Source of the DNA: Promethearchaeota archaeon
GTDB lineage: Archaea > Asgardarchaeota > Lokiarchaeia > Sigyniarchaeales > SOKP01
Direction of reading: 5' to 3'
DNA length: 32,221 bases
Assembly (NCBI GenBank): GCA_019894975.1
Contig: JAGXNO010000041.1
Span: 1-32,221 of the forward strand
The notes under the pieces are model-generated. The model worked only from the letters and a program-made list of their open reading frames with translations, ran no database searches and had not been told where the DNA came from. Position 1 is the first letter of the stretch. The number at the start of each line of letters is the position of its first letter. Made by a program: the position numbers and the translations under genes. Positions 10,740 through 19,499 of the stretch are shown in pieces.

Positions 10740-11711
10740 TTATTTCTTTGAGTGCTTTAAAATAAGTTGATATTCATAGAAATCTAGTTTTTTTCCAGAC
10801 TTTTGTTTCTCTAATGCGATTTCTAATTTTTTTTGTTCAAGTCTTTTAACTTTCTTTTTCTTTTTAATAAGAGCTTTAACATCTGATGTTTTTAACACTT
10901 TTGGTCTCAAGAAACTTTTTGTTTTATTTGATAAATCGTCTAATAACACTTTTCTGTTGAGGTTCATCAATTTTAGGAAAAGTTGGTGGAATCCTTCTGC
11001 AGACGTTTTATTTTCTATTAATTCATTTTCTATTTCTTGCTTAGCTTTTTCAAATCCTTTTGCTTTCTTACATAAATCCAGTAATTTCTTATGAGTCATT
11101 AACCTTTTTCTAGATAAATCATATAAATTTTCATAAATTTCAGTTAGAGTGTTCTCAAGGTCTTTAATTTTTCTTTGAGTACTAAAATAATCACTACTCT
11201 GTAATTTTTTTAGTTGTGTTTGCTCTAATTGTGTTAGGTTATTCTTTTTTTTTTTTTTATCTGTTTCTAAATCCCTAAGCTGTTCAATAATTTCATTTTC
11301 CTCTTCAATATCTAAAATTTGCTCTTCAAGTTTTTGATTCAAATATACTATTTTATTCTCAATATCTTCAAGAGATTTCTTCGTGTAATCAACTAAGACT
11401 AAAGCATTTTCATTTATTTGTGGTTTTGGAAAATTTTCTATCTTTTTACTAAGATGACTCCAATGTCGTTCATATTCGATTTTTTTATGTTTCAAATTTG
11501 CTATTTTTATATTATAGTCATAACGCTTTTTAGAGTAAAACTTTCTCGCATCAATTAATGTGTTGTAGATTTCGGAATCAAAACTCTGAAAGCTGATAAT
11601 ATAATTTTTGAGTTTGCTATTTAGCTGTTCCTTCTCAAGCACAAATTCTTTAACTTTTTTTTGCGCTTCCTTTAGATGATGATCAAAATTAAAATCTTTT
11701 TCGTCACTCAT
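10740..11711 (-). CDS. Long coiled-coil protein, COG1340-like archaeal family
   Basis: K/E/L-rich heptads throughout. C-terminal LEIALEKQKSGKKLDFYEYQLIL resembles the G(E/K)KL tail of COG1340-type archaeal coiled-coil proteins (recalled). Confidence 0.65.
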   Translation of the reverse strand: MSDEKDFNFDHHLKEAQKKVKEFVLEKEQLNSKLKNYIISFQSFDSEIYNTLIDARKFYSKKRYDYNIKIANLKHKKIEYERHWSHLSKKIENFPKPQINENALVLVDYTKKSLEDIENKIVYLNQKLEEQILDIEEENEIIEQLRDLETDKKKKKNNLTQLEQTQLKKLQSSDYFSTQRKIKDLENTLTEIYENLYDLSRKRLMTHKKLLDLCKKAKGFEKAKQEIENELIENKTSAEGFHQLFLKLMNLNRKVLLDDLSNKTKSFLRPKVLKTSDVKALIKKKKKVKRLEQKKLEIALEKQKSGKKLDFYEYQLILKHSKK

Positions 11712-12070
11712 TTAGAAATATACTTATAATTAATTTTTTAATCACATGAAATTACATTAAATTGTTGAAATACCATGAAATAATTATTCGCTATTGCTTA
11801 AATTTTTTATATTTTATAGGCTTAAGTTTTTTATAGCTTATAACTTGCTTAAAATTCTTATTGTTGCGCCTTGAAGGGTAGTAGCAACAGGATTTTATGT
11901 TTTTACCTGTTTTTTTTAGAATTTATATAAAACAAAAGCTTTCTTTATTTTATCACTAGAAAATCAAATTTTACTATGAAATTAGGATTTTCCATTTAAA
12001 CAAATGTGTCGGAAGATGATGACTCAAGTTTTAAATAAAACATTGAATTATAAATTATAGGTATATATAT

Positions 12071-14083
12071 ATGACTTCCATATTGAACGTATCTAATAGT
12101 ATTGGAAAAAGGAATACACTAAGATTGAGGGAAATAGGAATCGACTCTATAGAAAAATTAGCATCCTCAAGCGTAGAAGATTTACTTGTAATAGATGGTA
12201 TTGGAGTTTCAACTGCTAAAACTTATATTCAGTTTGCGAAGAAGCATCTTCAACGAATTGATGCAAGATCAAAAGTATACAGTATAATTAACAAAGGGAG
12301 TGCATCAGAAGAATCAAGATCGGGAGATAACCCAATTAGATTGCAACAATTTGAAAAGAAAAGAGTGTCTATCAGCTCAATAAAAAAAATTGCTTCTTCT
12401 AGTATTGAAGAGTTGTTGAAAACAAACGGTATAGATACTGCAAAAGCACAAAAGTATATCGAGATTGCAAAAAAGTATCTAGTAAGTATGAGGAAAGAAG
12501 AATTAGCAAATAAAGGAACACGATCATCTTTAAAACAACAAGATCAACCTTTGGGTTTTGTAAAATTTGACTCTAAAAGTTCTATACCGAAAATGGAACC
12601 AATTGCATCAAACAAACAAAAAGAAGACTCCACTATTGAAAGACCGCAGCAAACAATAAAGAAGCCAACACTTAACATTAAAGCCCTTAAGAAACCAACT
12701 CTTGACATAAAACTGACTGAAAAACCATTACAGAGAAAGGAAGTAAAACCAAAATTAGTAAAAGTAAATGTTGATACAAAAAAACAACCAGAAACGCAAA
12801 CTTTTTTCCCACTACCAACAATGCAAAAGATACGTTTCTTACACTTTAGTATTAAAAAATTAGAAAAAATCTTAGAGAGAAATGAAGACTTTTCCTTCTC
12901 AGAACTTAATAATGTTATAGAATACATAAAAAATCTTAACGTTAACTATAAAACCCAAAGCCAAATTAAGATCTTTAAAGAATTAGATATCACTCCCTCA
13001 TTTTATGATCCCATTGCGAGAAAAGAGATAAAAATATGGGATTTGATTTATGAATGTTCAAGAGCACTTTGGATTTCAGCAAAAGCATACTCTTATCTCT
13101 CTGCCAAATTCGAAGCAGAAAATGTAATGGAAAAAGCAATAGTGGCGATGGTTGAGTGTAGTAAAATGTTTAAAACTGCCGCATATTTTAGCGCTGCTTG
13201 CACTCGCCAAGAAGATAAAGGGATAGCATTATCTGTTAATAGTCTTGAAATGAATTCAGAGGAAGCTCGTATACTTGCTCAAAACTTAGCTACTATCAGT
13301 GAAGAAAAGAAGGGAAATTTCTCGATGGCCTCTCATTTATCTGCAGGATTAAGTGCACTTACTAAAAGATTGGCATTTCTAAGAAAATATAACATAAAAA
13401 AGGAATATCAATTTAAAGCTCAGCATAATTATGATATTGGAAGAGCTTGTAATTTAAAAGCCAAATATCTATTAAAAGCGTCTCCTGAAGGAGAAAATGA
13501 AGAAAAAATCGAAAAATTACAGAAAAAGGCAAATTTCTATTATATAAATGCTGAAGAAATATGGGAAACTATGCTAAATAAATTTGAGAACCTTACCGAT
13601 ATTGAAAAGGAAAGTTTACGAACCAATTTGTCTATAGTAAATAATAATATTATAGAAAATGATGTTGAGACAATTAATGATGCAGAAGCTCTAGAAATAC
13701 AAGATCCAGAACCCCTTATTATAATTCCAGAAAACTTAGCACCATTTATTCCACGAACTACCAATTTCCTTACAAAGTATAAGCAGGCTGATCTTAACTT
13801 TGACGCATATTTACGTTATAAAAATTTAATGTCTGAAGTTGCAATTGATTCAAATAAAATCGAAGAATTAAAAAATAGTAAAGCGGGTATTGGTCGAACG
13901 TTAAAACAATTAAAAATCTTGTATGATAATAATGATATTGATATTAACAGCTTTACTGAACTATTTGAAAAGTACTCAATTAAACTTGAAGGAATTGAGG
14001 CTGCAATTCAAAACTTGAAAAATCCTAAAATTAAAAGTAAAGGATCAGAAGAGCAGAAACATATTCTTAAAACAATTATGTAA
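12071..14083 (+). CDS. Multidomain protein: two helix-hairpin-helix (HHH_5/Rad51-N-like) modules, K/P-rich linker, putative Bro1-like domain, putative steadiness-box/CdvA-like C-terminal helical hairpin
   Basis: LREIGIDSIEKLASSSVEDLLVIDGIGVSTAK and its repeat (HhH, confident). FYDP..IWDLIYECSRALW..AYSYLSA..LS..SL..ILAQ..MASHLSAG..IENDVETI (Bro1-like, by eye). AGIGRTLKQLKILYDNNDIDINSFTELFEKYSIK (SB-like, by eye). Confidence 0.6.
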   Translation: MTSILNVSNSIGKRNTLRLREIGIDSIEKLASSSVEDLLVIDGIGVSTAKTYIQFAKKHLQRIDARSKVYSIINKGSASEESRSGDNPIRLQQFEKKRVSISSIKKIASSSIEELLKTNGIDTAKAQKYIEIAKKYLVSMRKEELANKGTRSSLKQQDQPLGFVKFDSKSSIPKMEPIASNKQKEDSTIERPQQTIKKPTLNIKALKKPTLDIKLTEKPLQRKEVKPKLVKVNVDTKKQPETQTFFPLPTMQKIRFLHFSIKKLEKILERNEDFSFSELNNVIEYIKNLNVNYKTQSQIKIFKELDITPSFYDPIARKEIKIWDLIYECSRALWISAKAYSYLSAKFEAENVMEKAIVAMVECSKMFKTAAYFSAACTRQEDKGIALSVNSLEMNSEEARILAQNLATISEEKKGNFSMASHLSAGLSALTKRLAFLRKYNIKKEYQFKAQHNYDIGRACNLKAKYLLKASPEGENEEKIEKLQKKANFYYINAEEIWETMLNKFENLTDIEKESLRTNLSIVNNNIIENDVETINDAEALEIQDPEPLIIIPENLAPFIPRTTNFLTKYKQADLNFDAYLRYKNLMSEVAIDSNKIEELKNSKAGIGRTLKQLKILYDNNDIDINSFTELFEKYSIKLEGIEAAIQNLKNPKIKSKGSEEQKHILKTIM

Positions 14084-14096
14084 TTAAGAATGTCGG

Positions 14097-14636
14097 GTGC
14101 TTACTATTATCACTAACTTGAAAGATGTTGCTAAGAAAACAATTTTTAATTCTAAATTGATTGAGATAGTTAAAAAAGCGATTTTCTACCTCATTCTAGG
14201 AACCATCATTTTGATTTTCATTTTTAATCAATTAGTAGGTGTATTGCTAGCTGGTTCTTTTTTCATCATATACATCATTTATTACTTGTTTACTCTTTCT
14301 TCTAAGAGAAGAGTTCTAAAATTAATGCAAGAATATTTAATCATAAATGATATAGAAGTTGCGGAAAAGTTAAAACGTCCCATAGATGATATTAGAAAGA
14401 TATTATCCTCATTATCTAAAAATCAGAAAAAAAAAACATGGTTATTAGTCTTTTTGAATAAACGATATCTATTTCTAAACGAAATAGGGGTAGAAAAGTT
14501 CAAAGAATACTATAGTAAAGGCTATAATGAGAAAAAGATTTTAGAAAATTTACAGAAAGACATGAAAATAAGATCCAGGGCTGAGATTAATGCAATCATA
14601 ACTACTCTAATTAATAATGAAAGGCTTAGCAACTAA
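14097..14636 (+). CDS. Membrane protein with two TM helices and a C-terminal winged-helix/PCI-like domain
   Basis: Two adjacent hydrophobic segments, then INDIEVAEKLKRPIDDIRKILSSL (HTH) and beta-wing WLLVFLNKRYLF. Starts 13 bp after the previous stop. Confidence 0.6.
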   Translation: MLTIITNLKDVAKKTIFNSKLIEIVKKAIFYLILGTIILIFIFNQLVGVLLAGSFFIIYIIYYLFTLSSKRRVLKLMQEYLIINDIEVAEKLKRPIDDIRKILSSLSKNQKKKTWLLVFLNKRYLFLNEIGVEKFKEYYSKGYNEKKILENLQKDMKIRSRAEINAIITTLINNERLSN

Positions 14637-14682
14637 CTAAAGACAATATATTGAAAATTAGAAAGTCAAGATAAGAATTTTC

Positions 14683-15468
14683 TCATTGATCTCTTTTCAT
14701 ATAAAAGTAATTGTATAGCTTCCTCATAGCAATTTTGTAATATAGGTTTAGAGCTTTCTTATTATTGATTTCTACTTGTAGCCAAATGTTTTTTACCGCT
14801 TCTTTAATTGCCCATTTATCAATGAGTTTAACTAACATTGAAGAGGCAACTCTTTGTCTTCTATAATTGGGATGAACAAAAACATCTCCTATATACATAT
14901 ATCCTTGAGGGACTAACACTGCTAAAAGTGTTCCGATGATTACATTCTTGCATTTCGTTAGCATATAACATTTTTTGGGAATTAAAATTCTTTGATTAAT
15001 TTCTTGAATGATCCTCTGCTCCTCTTCGTTCCTTTTTGAAAACTTAGCTAAAAAACCTGAGATCTCTTCATTCCGAGAACCAAAAATGTAATATTCAAAA
15101 TCTTCATTTATACTCTCATTTTGAAGGTCTTCAATTTTTATCCCTAAAGCACTAGTGTGATCATATGTGTGATATCCTCGTTCCAATAATTTAGCTTTAA
15201 GGTTTTTCGGTTCATGAAACTCGGGTATTGTAAAAACAGGCGGTAATTTATGCACATTATATGCCTTTTCAACTAAATCGATATCACTACCAAGATCTTT
15301 TTGTGCACCTGTGTATCCTACAGGAAACACAGAATTAGCTCGAGATGTAACGCCAACAGTAAAACGTAAAACCCATCCGTTTAAAAAATAATAATGTTTT
15401 GCTGGCCATGAATTCATTAAAAATTCTTGAAATTGCCGTACTTTCTTTTTTGATTTTATTCTGATCAT
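14683..15468 (-). CDS. GNAT family N-acetyltransferase
   Basis: WP....GWVLRF..GVTSRANSV N-domain; VFVHPNYRRQRVA acetyl-CoA motif A; WLQVEINNKKALNLY motif B. Confidence 0.9.
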   Translation of the reverse strand: MIRIKSKKKVRQFQEFLMNSWPAKHYYFLNGWVLRFTVGVTSRANSVFPVGYTGAQKDLGSDIDLVEKAYNVHKLPPVFTIPEFHEPKNLKAKLLERGYHTYDHTSALGIKIEDLQNESINEDFEYYIFGSRNEEISGFLAKFSKRNEEEQRIIQEINQRILIPKKCYMLTKCKNVIIGTLLAVLVPQGYMYIGDVFVHPNYRRQRVASSMLVKLIDKWAIKEAVKNIWLQVEINNKKALNLYYKIAMRKLYNYFYMKRDQ

Positions 15469-15660
15469 AGTTTTGCTGATTTATTCTGAACCATTTAGTT
15501 ACCAATTAATCAATATATATGAATTTTTTAAATTGGATATTAATAAGGTCTAATAATTAAACAGATGAATTAGATAAAAAATATAAATATTTTTAAAGAG
15601 ATATGTTGAATCAATATTAAAGAAATTCAAATTTACTAATTAAAAAGATAGGCGAGAAAT

Positions 15661-16185
15661 TTGGGATCTAAAAAAAGCAGACCTACACTAGGAGTTATAA
15701 TATTTTTGATTCTGGGATTTTTGCATATCCTTCTTCCAGTGTGGGGTATAGTAGTTCCTGATATTATGGCATCGTTCTTTTGGTACTGGGGTTTTTATAT
15801 TGCAGGTGGTGGTGGCACTTTTGATACAGGGATTATATCAAATGAGGAGTGGCTATCCGCAGGTAGAACCGCAATGATATTAATGATAATTTGTTATGTA
15901 ATCCTAACAATAACCTTTATCATAGTCAAAATTAAGAAGACATTTAAAACTGAGAAGAACCTAAATATCTTTGGAATTATCTGGTTAATATTGGGAATCA
16001 TCTTGCTGATTGCGCCATCAATATACTTAGCAGCAGTAGGTGATTCACCATTTGATGAATATTCTTGGGGAGTAGGAATATTTTTCTCATACGGACTAGC
16101 ATGCGTTCCTCTTCTCCTCGGAATTTTTGTTCTTTATAGTCAGATGAAGGGAGAGAAGGTAAGACCTGAAGTTACGCAAATTTAA
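15661..16185 (+). CDS. Hypothetical integral membrane protein (about 4 TM)
   Basis: Four hydrophobic segments, TTG start, T-rich run after the stop. Confidence 0.7.
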   Translation: MGSKKSRPTLGVIIFLILGFLHILLPVWGIVVPDIMASFFWYWGFYIAGGGGTFDTGIISNEEWLSAGRTAMILMIICYVILTITFIIVKIKKTFKTEKNLNIFGIIWLILGIILLIAPSIYLAAVGDSPFDEYSWGVGIFFSYGLACVPLLLGIFVLYSQMKGEKVRPEVTQI

Positions 16186-16278
16186 ATTTTAACAAGACAA
16201 AAAACAAAATTTAAATCTCTTTTTTTTTATTCTAATTTGTTGAAAATACACTATTTCGTTTAATTAAGATAAAAGGAG

Positions 16279-16417
16279 TGCCGGTGGAGGGGATCTCACA
16301 GGTAAAGCGCTTATCTTTACCATTTTGAGCCCTCGACCTCCAGAGTACATCCGGTCTGACCCATTATTTCAGAAGGATTATGAGTCTGGTGCTATAACCA
16401 AGCTAAGCCACACCGGC
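16279..16417 (-). tRNA. tRNA-Met(CAT), elongator type, with two introns (anticodon loop 16345-16377, 33 nt; T-loop 59/60 16293-16323, 31 nt)
   Basis: Acceptor GCCGGTG/CACCGGC+A73, anticodon stem CCAGA/TCTGG with CTCATAA loop, T-stem GAGGG/CCCTC. Removing both introns leaves 75 nt. G1-C72 and no GGG/CCC anticodon stem argue against initiator; the GCC start argues against Ile2. Confidence 0.9.
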
Positions 16418-16434
16418 ATAATTTAATCAAATTT

Positions 16435-16537
16435 AGCCTCCGGCGGGAATTTCCGAGTAAAAGGATCCTCTTATCTCTTTTGAACCCGCGGCCTTTGCCT
16501 TACCAAGGCAATGCTCTACCACCTAAGCCACGGAGGC
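16435..16537 (-). tRNA. tRNA-Thr(GGT) with a 30-nt T-loop (59/60) intron at 16449-16478
   Basis: Acceptor GCCTCCG/CGGAGGC+U73, D-arm GCTT AGGTGGTA GAGC, anticodon arm TTGCC TTGGTAA GGCAA, T-stem GCGGG/CCCGC. Intron removal restores TTCAAAT and 73 nt. Confidence 0.93.
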
Positions 16538-16664
16538 ATAATTAAACTTCTAACAAACTAAGTAATTAAAGTTAAATTAAAAATTTTATTACGAAATAAG
16601 TTTTTTTCACTTATAAAATGTAGTAAGTGATGTCGTTAAAATAATATAGAAATAATTGTTCAAC

Positions 16665-17480
16665 TTATATTTTCGATGCTTTTAACGTAAAGAAAAGAGG
16701 GATCTCAGCTTTTTGATTTTTCAGTTTATAATATCCATTAGAATCTTGTTCTGAAAATGAATATACTTGAAATGGTAGGTATGGATGCTCATTAAAGAAA
16801 TCAATTTTTAAACCTGCTTGTATTAATGAATTGATAATATCTGATAAGCTGTGTTCCCACTCATATTCTTTAAGGGGTTTCATATGAGGTTTATTAGATG
16901 CGTAAGAACCTTCAACAGTATCTTCCATTGGTTCCGCACTATGAAAATAATTGTATCTAAGTTGTAATTCCTCTGGATGTTCATTATCAAACATTTTTGA
17001 GAAAGGATGACCGTCAGCAATATAGAAAAATCCTCCTGGTTTTAAGAAATGAGCAATAATTTCAGCCCATTTTCTAAGATCGTTTAACCAGCACAATACT
17101 CCTATAGATGTATATATTATATCGAACTTCTCAGAAAGCACATTTGGTAAATCATAAAGGTTTGATCGAATAAATTTTCCAGAAAGATTAGCTTTTTCCG
17201 TTAAAACTTTCGCTAGTCTTATTGCCTCACCTGAAAAATCAATACCTGTAACTATTGCCCCCTCTCGTTCCCAGGAAAGTGTATCTAATCCAAAATGACA
17301 TTGAAGATGTAGCAACTTCTTACCTTTAACACTACCAATATCATTTAATTCATACTGTTTTAGGGTAGTCTTTCCTTCAAGAAATGAGTTAACACTATAA
17401 AATTCACTTTCATTATGGAAATGTTCTTTTGCAAATTCATCCCACATCTTTTGATTTGCTTTAAAATATTTATCATTCAC
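16665..17480 (-). CDS. Class I SAM-dependent methyltransferase
   Basis: LLHLQCHFGLDTLS motif I variant, TGIDFS, FDIIYTSIGVLCWL, LKPGGFFYIADGHP. Confidence 0.9.
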   Translation of the reverse strand: MNDKYFKANQKMWDEFAKEHFHNESEFYSVNSFLEGKTTLKQYELNDIGSVKGKKLLHLQCHFGLDTLSWEREGAIVTGIDFSGEAIRLAKVLTEKANLSGKFIRSNLYDLPNVLSEKFDIIYTSIGVLCWLNDLRKWAEIIAHFLKPGGFFYIADGHPFSKMFDNEHPEELQLRYNYFHSAEPMEDTVEGSYASNKPHMKPLKEYEWEHSLSDIINSLIQAGLKIDFFNEHPYLPFQVYSFSEQDSNGYYKLKNQKAEIPLFFTLKASKI

Positions 17481-17606
17481 TTAGGAAACCTGCGAAAAAT
17501 ATCAATACTTATGATTATTAAGAATTCATTTAATAAATATTTTTAAAACAGTTTCTTATATGCAAGATAATTTTATAAAAAAAAAGGAGATAAAAGATTA
17601 AATTAT

Positions 17607-18284
17607 TTACAAATTGGCTGTAAGTAATAATCCTAGTGTAATATAGAATTGGGCTAAGATGTATGTAGTCATGATGATAAGTCTTGCGTTGGTAAACTCT
17701 CCCGCCCATTTATTTACTGCAATGCAAGCATCTGAGAATATAAAAGAAATTGAACCGACATATACTAAGACAAACGGTAAGCCTGCAAATTCTGCCAATC
17801 TGAAGATGGCTGCGATATGCATTAATAGAATAGCTCCTAAATATACTAATACGGGAATTTTCATGTCTTCTGTCTTTTTAATGAATCTTGGTACTGTAAA
17901 TACTAGTATCAAAATTGCTGGACCAAGCAGAAAGAATCCCCATGAAGTAAAATTGGTAATATCTGATATAGATAAGAAAAATGATATAATGTAGAACAGC
18001 TGGTTAATTAAAAAGGCAACCATCCCGAATAAAAACCATTTTTCTTCATTTTCAAGCATCAAGAAAATATCGCCCGCACACCCACCAATTAACGCGACGA
18101 TTATTAACCAGTCGACATTGTTTATTGATGTTGTTTCGATTACTCCAAAAGTATAAAATAATATCAGTAAGGGCATCAAAAGTGGCTTAGTTAAATATTC
18201 AATTTTTTTAATGTCTTTATATTCACTAAAGATTTCTATTCCCGCGAAAATGAAGAATAGAACCAAAAAAATGTATTCAATCAT
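17607..18284 (-). CDS. YhhN/TMEM86 family lysoplasmalogenase-like membrane protein
   Basis: TKPLLMP, AGDIFLM, FLFGMVAF, PVLVY, SFIFSDACIA, IMTTYILAQ. Confidence 0.88.
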   Translation of the reverse strand: MIEYIFLVLFFIFAGIEIFSEYKDIKKIEYLTKPLLMPLLILFYTFGVIETTSINNVDWLIIVALIGGCAGDIFLMLENEEKWFLFGMVAFLINQLFYIISFFLSISDITNFTSWGFFLLGPAILILVFTVPRFIKKTEDMKIPVLVYLGAILLMHIAAIFRLAEFAGLPFVLVYVGSISFIFSDACIAVNKWAGEFTNARLIIMTTYILAQFYITLGLLLTANL

Positions 18285-18484
18285 AGTTTTTCATTGAAGA
18301 GATATGTTTTTAATGATATTCATTTAATTAAAAGAAATTTAAATAATTTTGGTATACTTGGTGATATCTTTGTTATTCTGCTTTTCTCAGCTTTTCTCAA
18401 CACAAATTCATATTCTCCAATAAGAAATTTTAAAAATACTTTTTCTTTTACTGTTATAATTTAAAATTATTCAATTAGATTAGT

Positions 18485-19402
18485 ATGCAATTTGGAGCAC
18501 AATTAGTTAATTATTCTACTACTTGGAAAGATACACTTTCGACAATTAAGGTAGTTGAATCGGGGCGTTGGCACAGTCTCTGGTACTCAGATCATTTCTT
18601 TACACCAGTACCTGGATCAGGTCTTGAATCTGAAGAAGCCCTCGAAGGTTGGTCATTGATTACTGCTACCGCTGCCGTTACAAAGCGTCTTCGACTAGGT
18701 ATACTCGTCACAGGCAATAATTACCGAAATCCCGCGTTAATTGCCAAGATGTCAGCCACAGTGGACCAAATTTCTAATGGTCGTCTTATCCTTGGTATCG
18801 GTGCCGGGTGGTACAAGCGTGAGCATGAAGCTTTCGGATGGGAGTTTCCAGGAGTTCGTGAGAGATGTGATCGTCTAGAGGAGGCTTTGGAGTTGATCAA
18901 AAAGCTGTTTAACGCGAAAGGACCTGTTGATTATAACGGTCGTTATTACAAGCTTAATAAGGCATCCTTTTCACCTGCGTGTATTCAGAAACCGCATGTT
19001 CCAATTATGGTTGGTGGTAATGGTGAGAAAAGGACGCTTCGTACACTCGCTCGATTCGGTGATATTTGTAATATAGATTTTAATAATCCTGGATCTCCAG
19101 AAATCTTTAAGCATAAATTAGAAGTACTGGAACGTCATTGTGAAGAATTTGGTCGAGATTCTTCCGAGATTAAAAAAACGATGCTAATTCCCTTTCATCT
19201 TGAAAACAACGAAGAAAAAGCCACCCAACTTCGCAAACAGCGTGGTGATTGGGTCTTAATTGGTACAAAATCATTTATTATTGACCGCATTCAACAGTAT
19301 AAAGACGCAGGTGTCGAAGAAATCATGTTTGGAGGTGTACCAGCCAAACCACAAATATATGAACGTATTAATGATGAAATTCTATCAGCTTTCAATAAAT
19401 AA
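18485..19402 (+). CDS. LLM-class (luciferase-like), probably F420-dependent oxidoreductase
   Basis: LWYSDHF, LEGWS..TA.AAVTKRLRLGILVTGNNYRNPALIAKMSATVDQISNGRLILGIGAGW...EH..FG, PIMVGGNGEKRTL. Confidence 0.92.
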   Translation: MQFGAQLVNYSTTWKDTLSTIKVVESGRWHSLWYSDHFFTPVPGSGLESEEALEGWSLITATAAVTKRLRLGILVTGNNYRNPALIAKMSATVDQISNGRLILGIGAGWYKREHEAFGWEFPGVRERCDRLEEALELIKKLFNAKGPVDYNGRYYKLNKASFSPACIQKPHVPIMVGGNGEKRTLRTLARFGDICNIDFNNPGSPEIFKHKLEVLERHCEEFGRDSSEIKKTMLIPFHLENNEEKATQLRKQRGDWVLIGTKSFIIDRIQQYKDAGVEEIMFGGVPAKPQIYERINDEILSAFNK

Positions 19403-19499
19403 AACGTAATTAATAATTATCTCTATATTTTTACAATTTAATAAAATCTTTCTTATCTAGTCTCACTAATTCACTATTATAATAATCGTTTTATCCATA

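Noticed and set aside
11862-11889. Hairpin as a SECIS element
   Set aside because: Lacks the AUGA/GA core, lies between two 5' ends, and no in-frame UGA selenoprotein candidate is nearby.
12015-12060. GATGATGA as a C/D-box sRNA box C
   Set aside because: No CTGA box D at a suitable distance.
1789-13764. Short antisense ORFs (1789, 2490, 6825, 10248, 12544, 13540)
   Set aside because: Fully inside well-supported genes on the opposite strand, with no motifs.
16186-16300. tRNA 3' end as an integration site for a mobile element
   Set aside because: No duplicated tRNA 3' fragment, integrase or transposase seen in the window.
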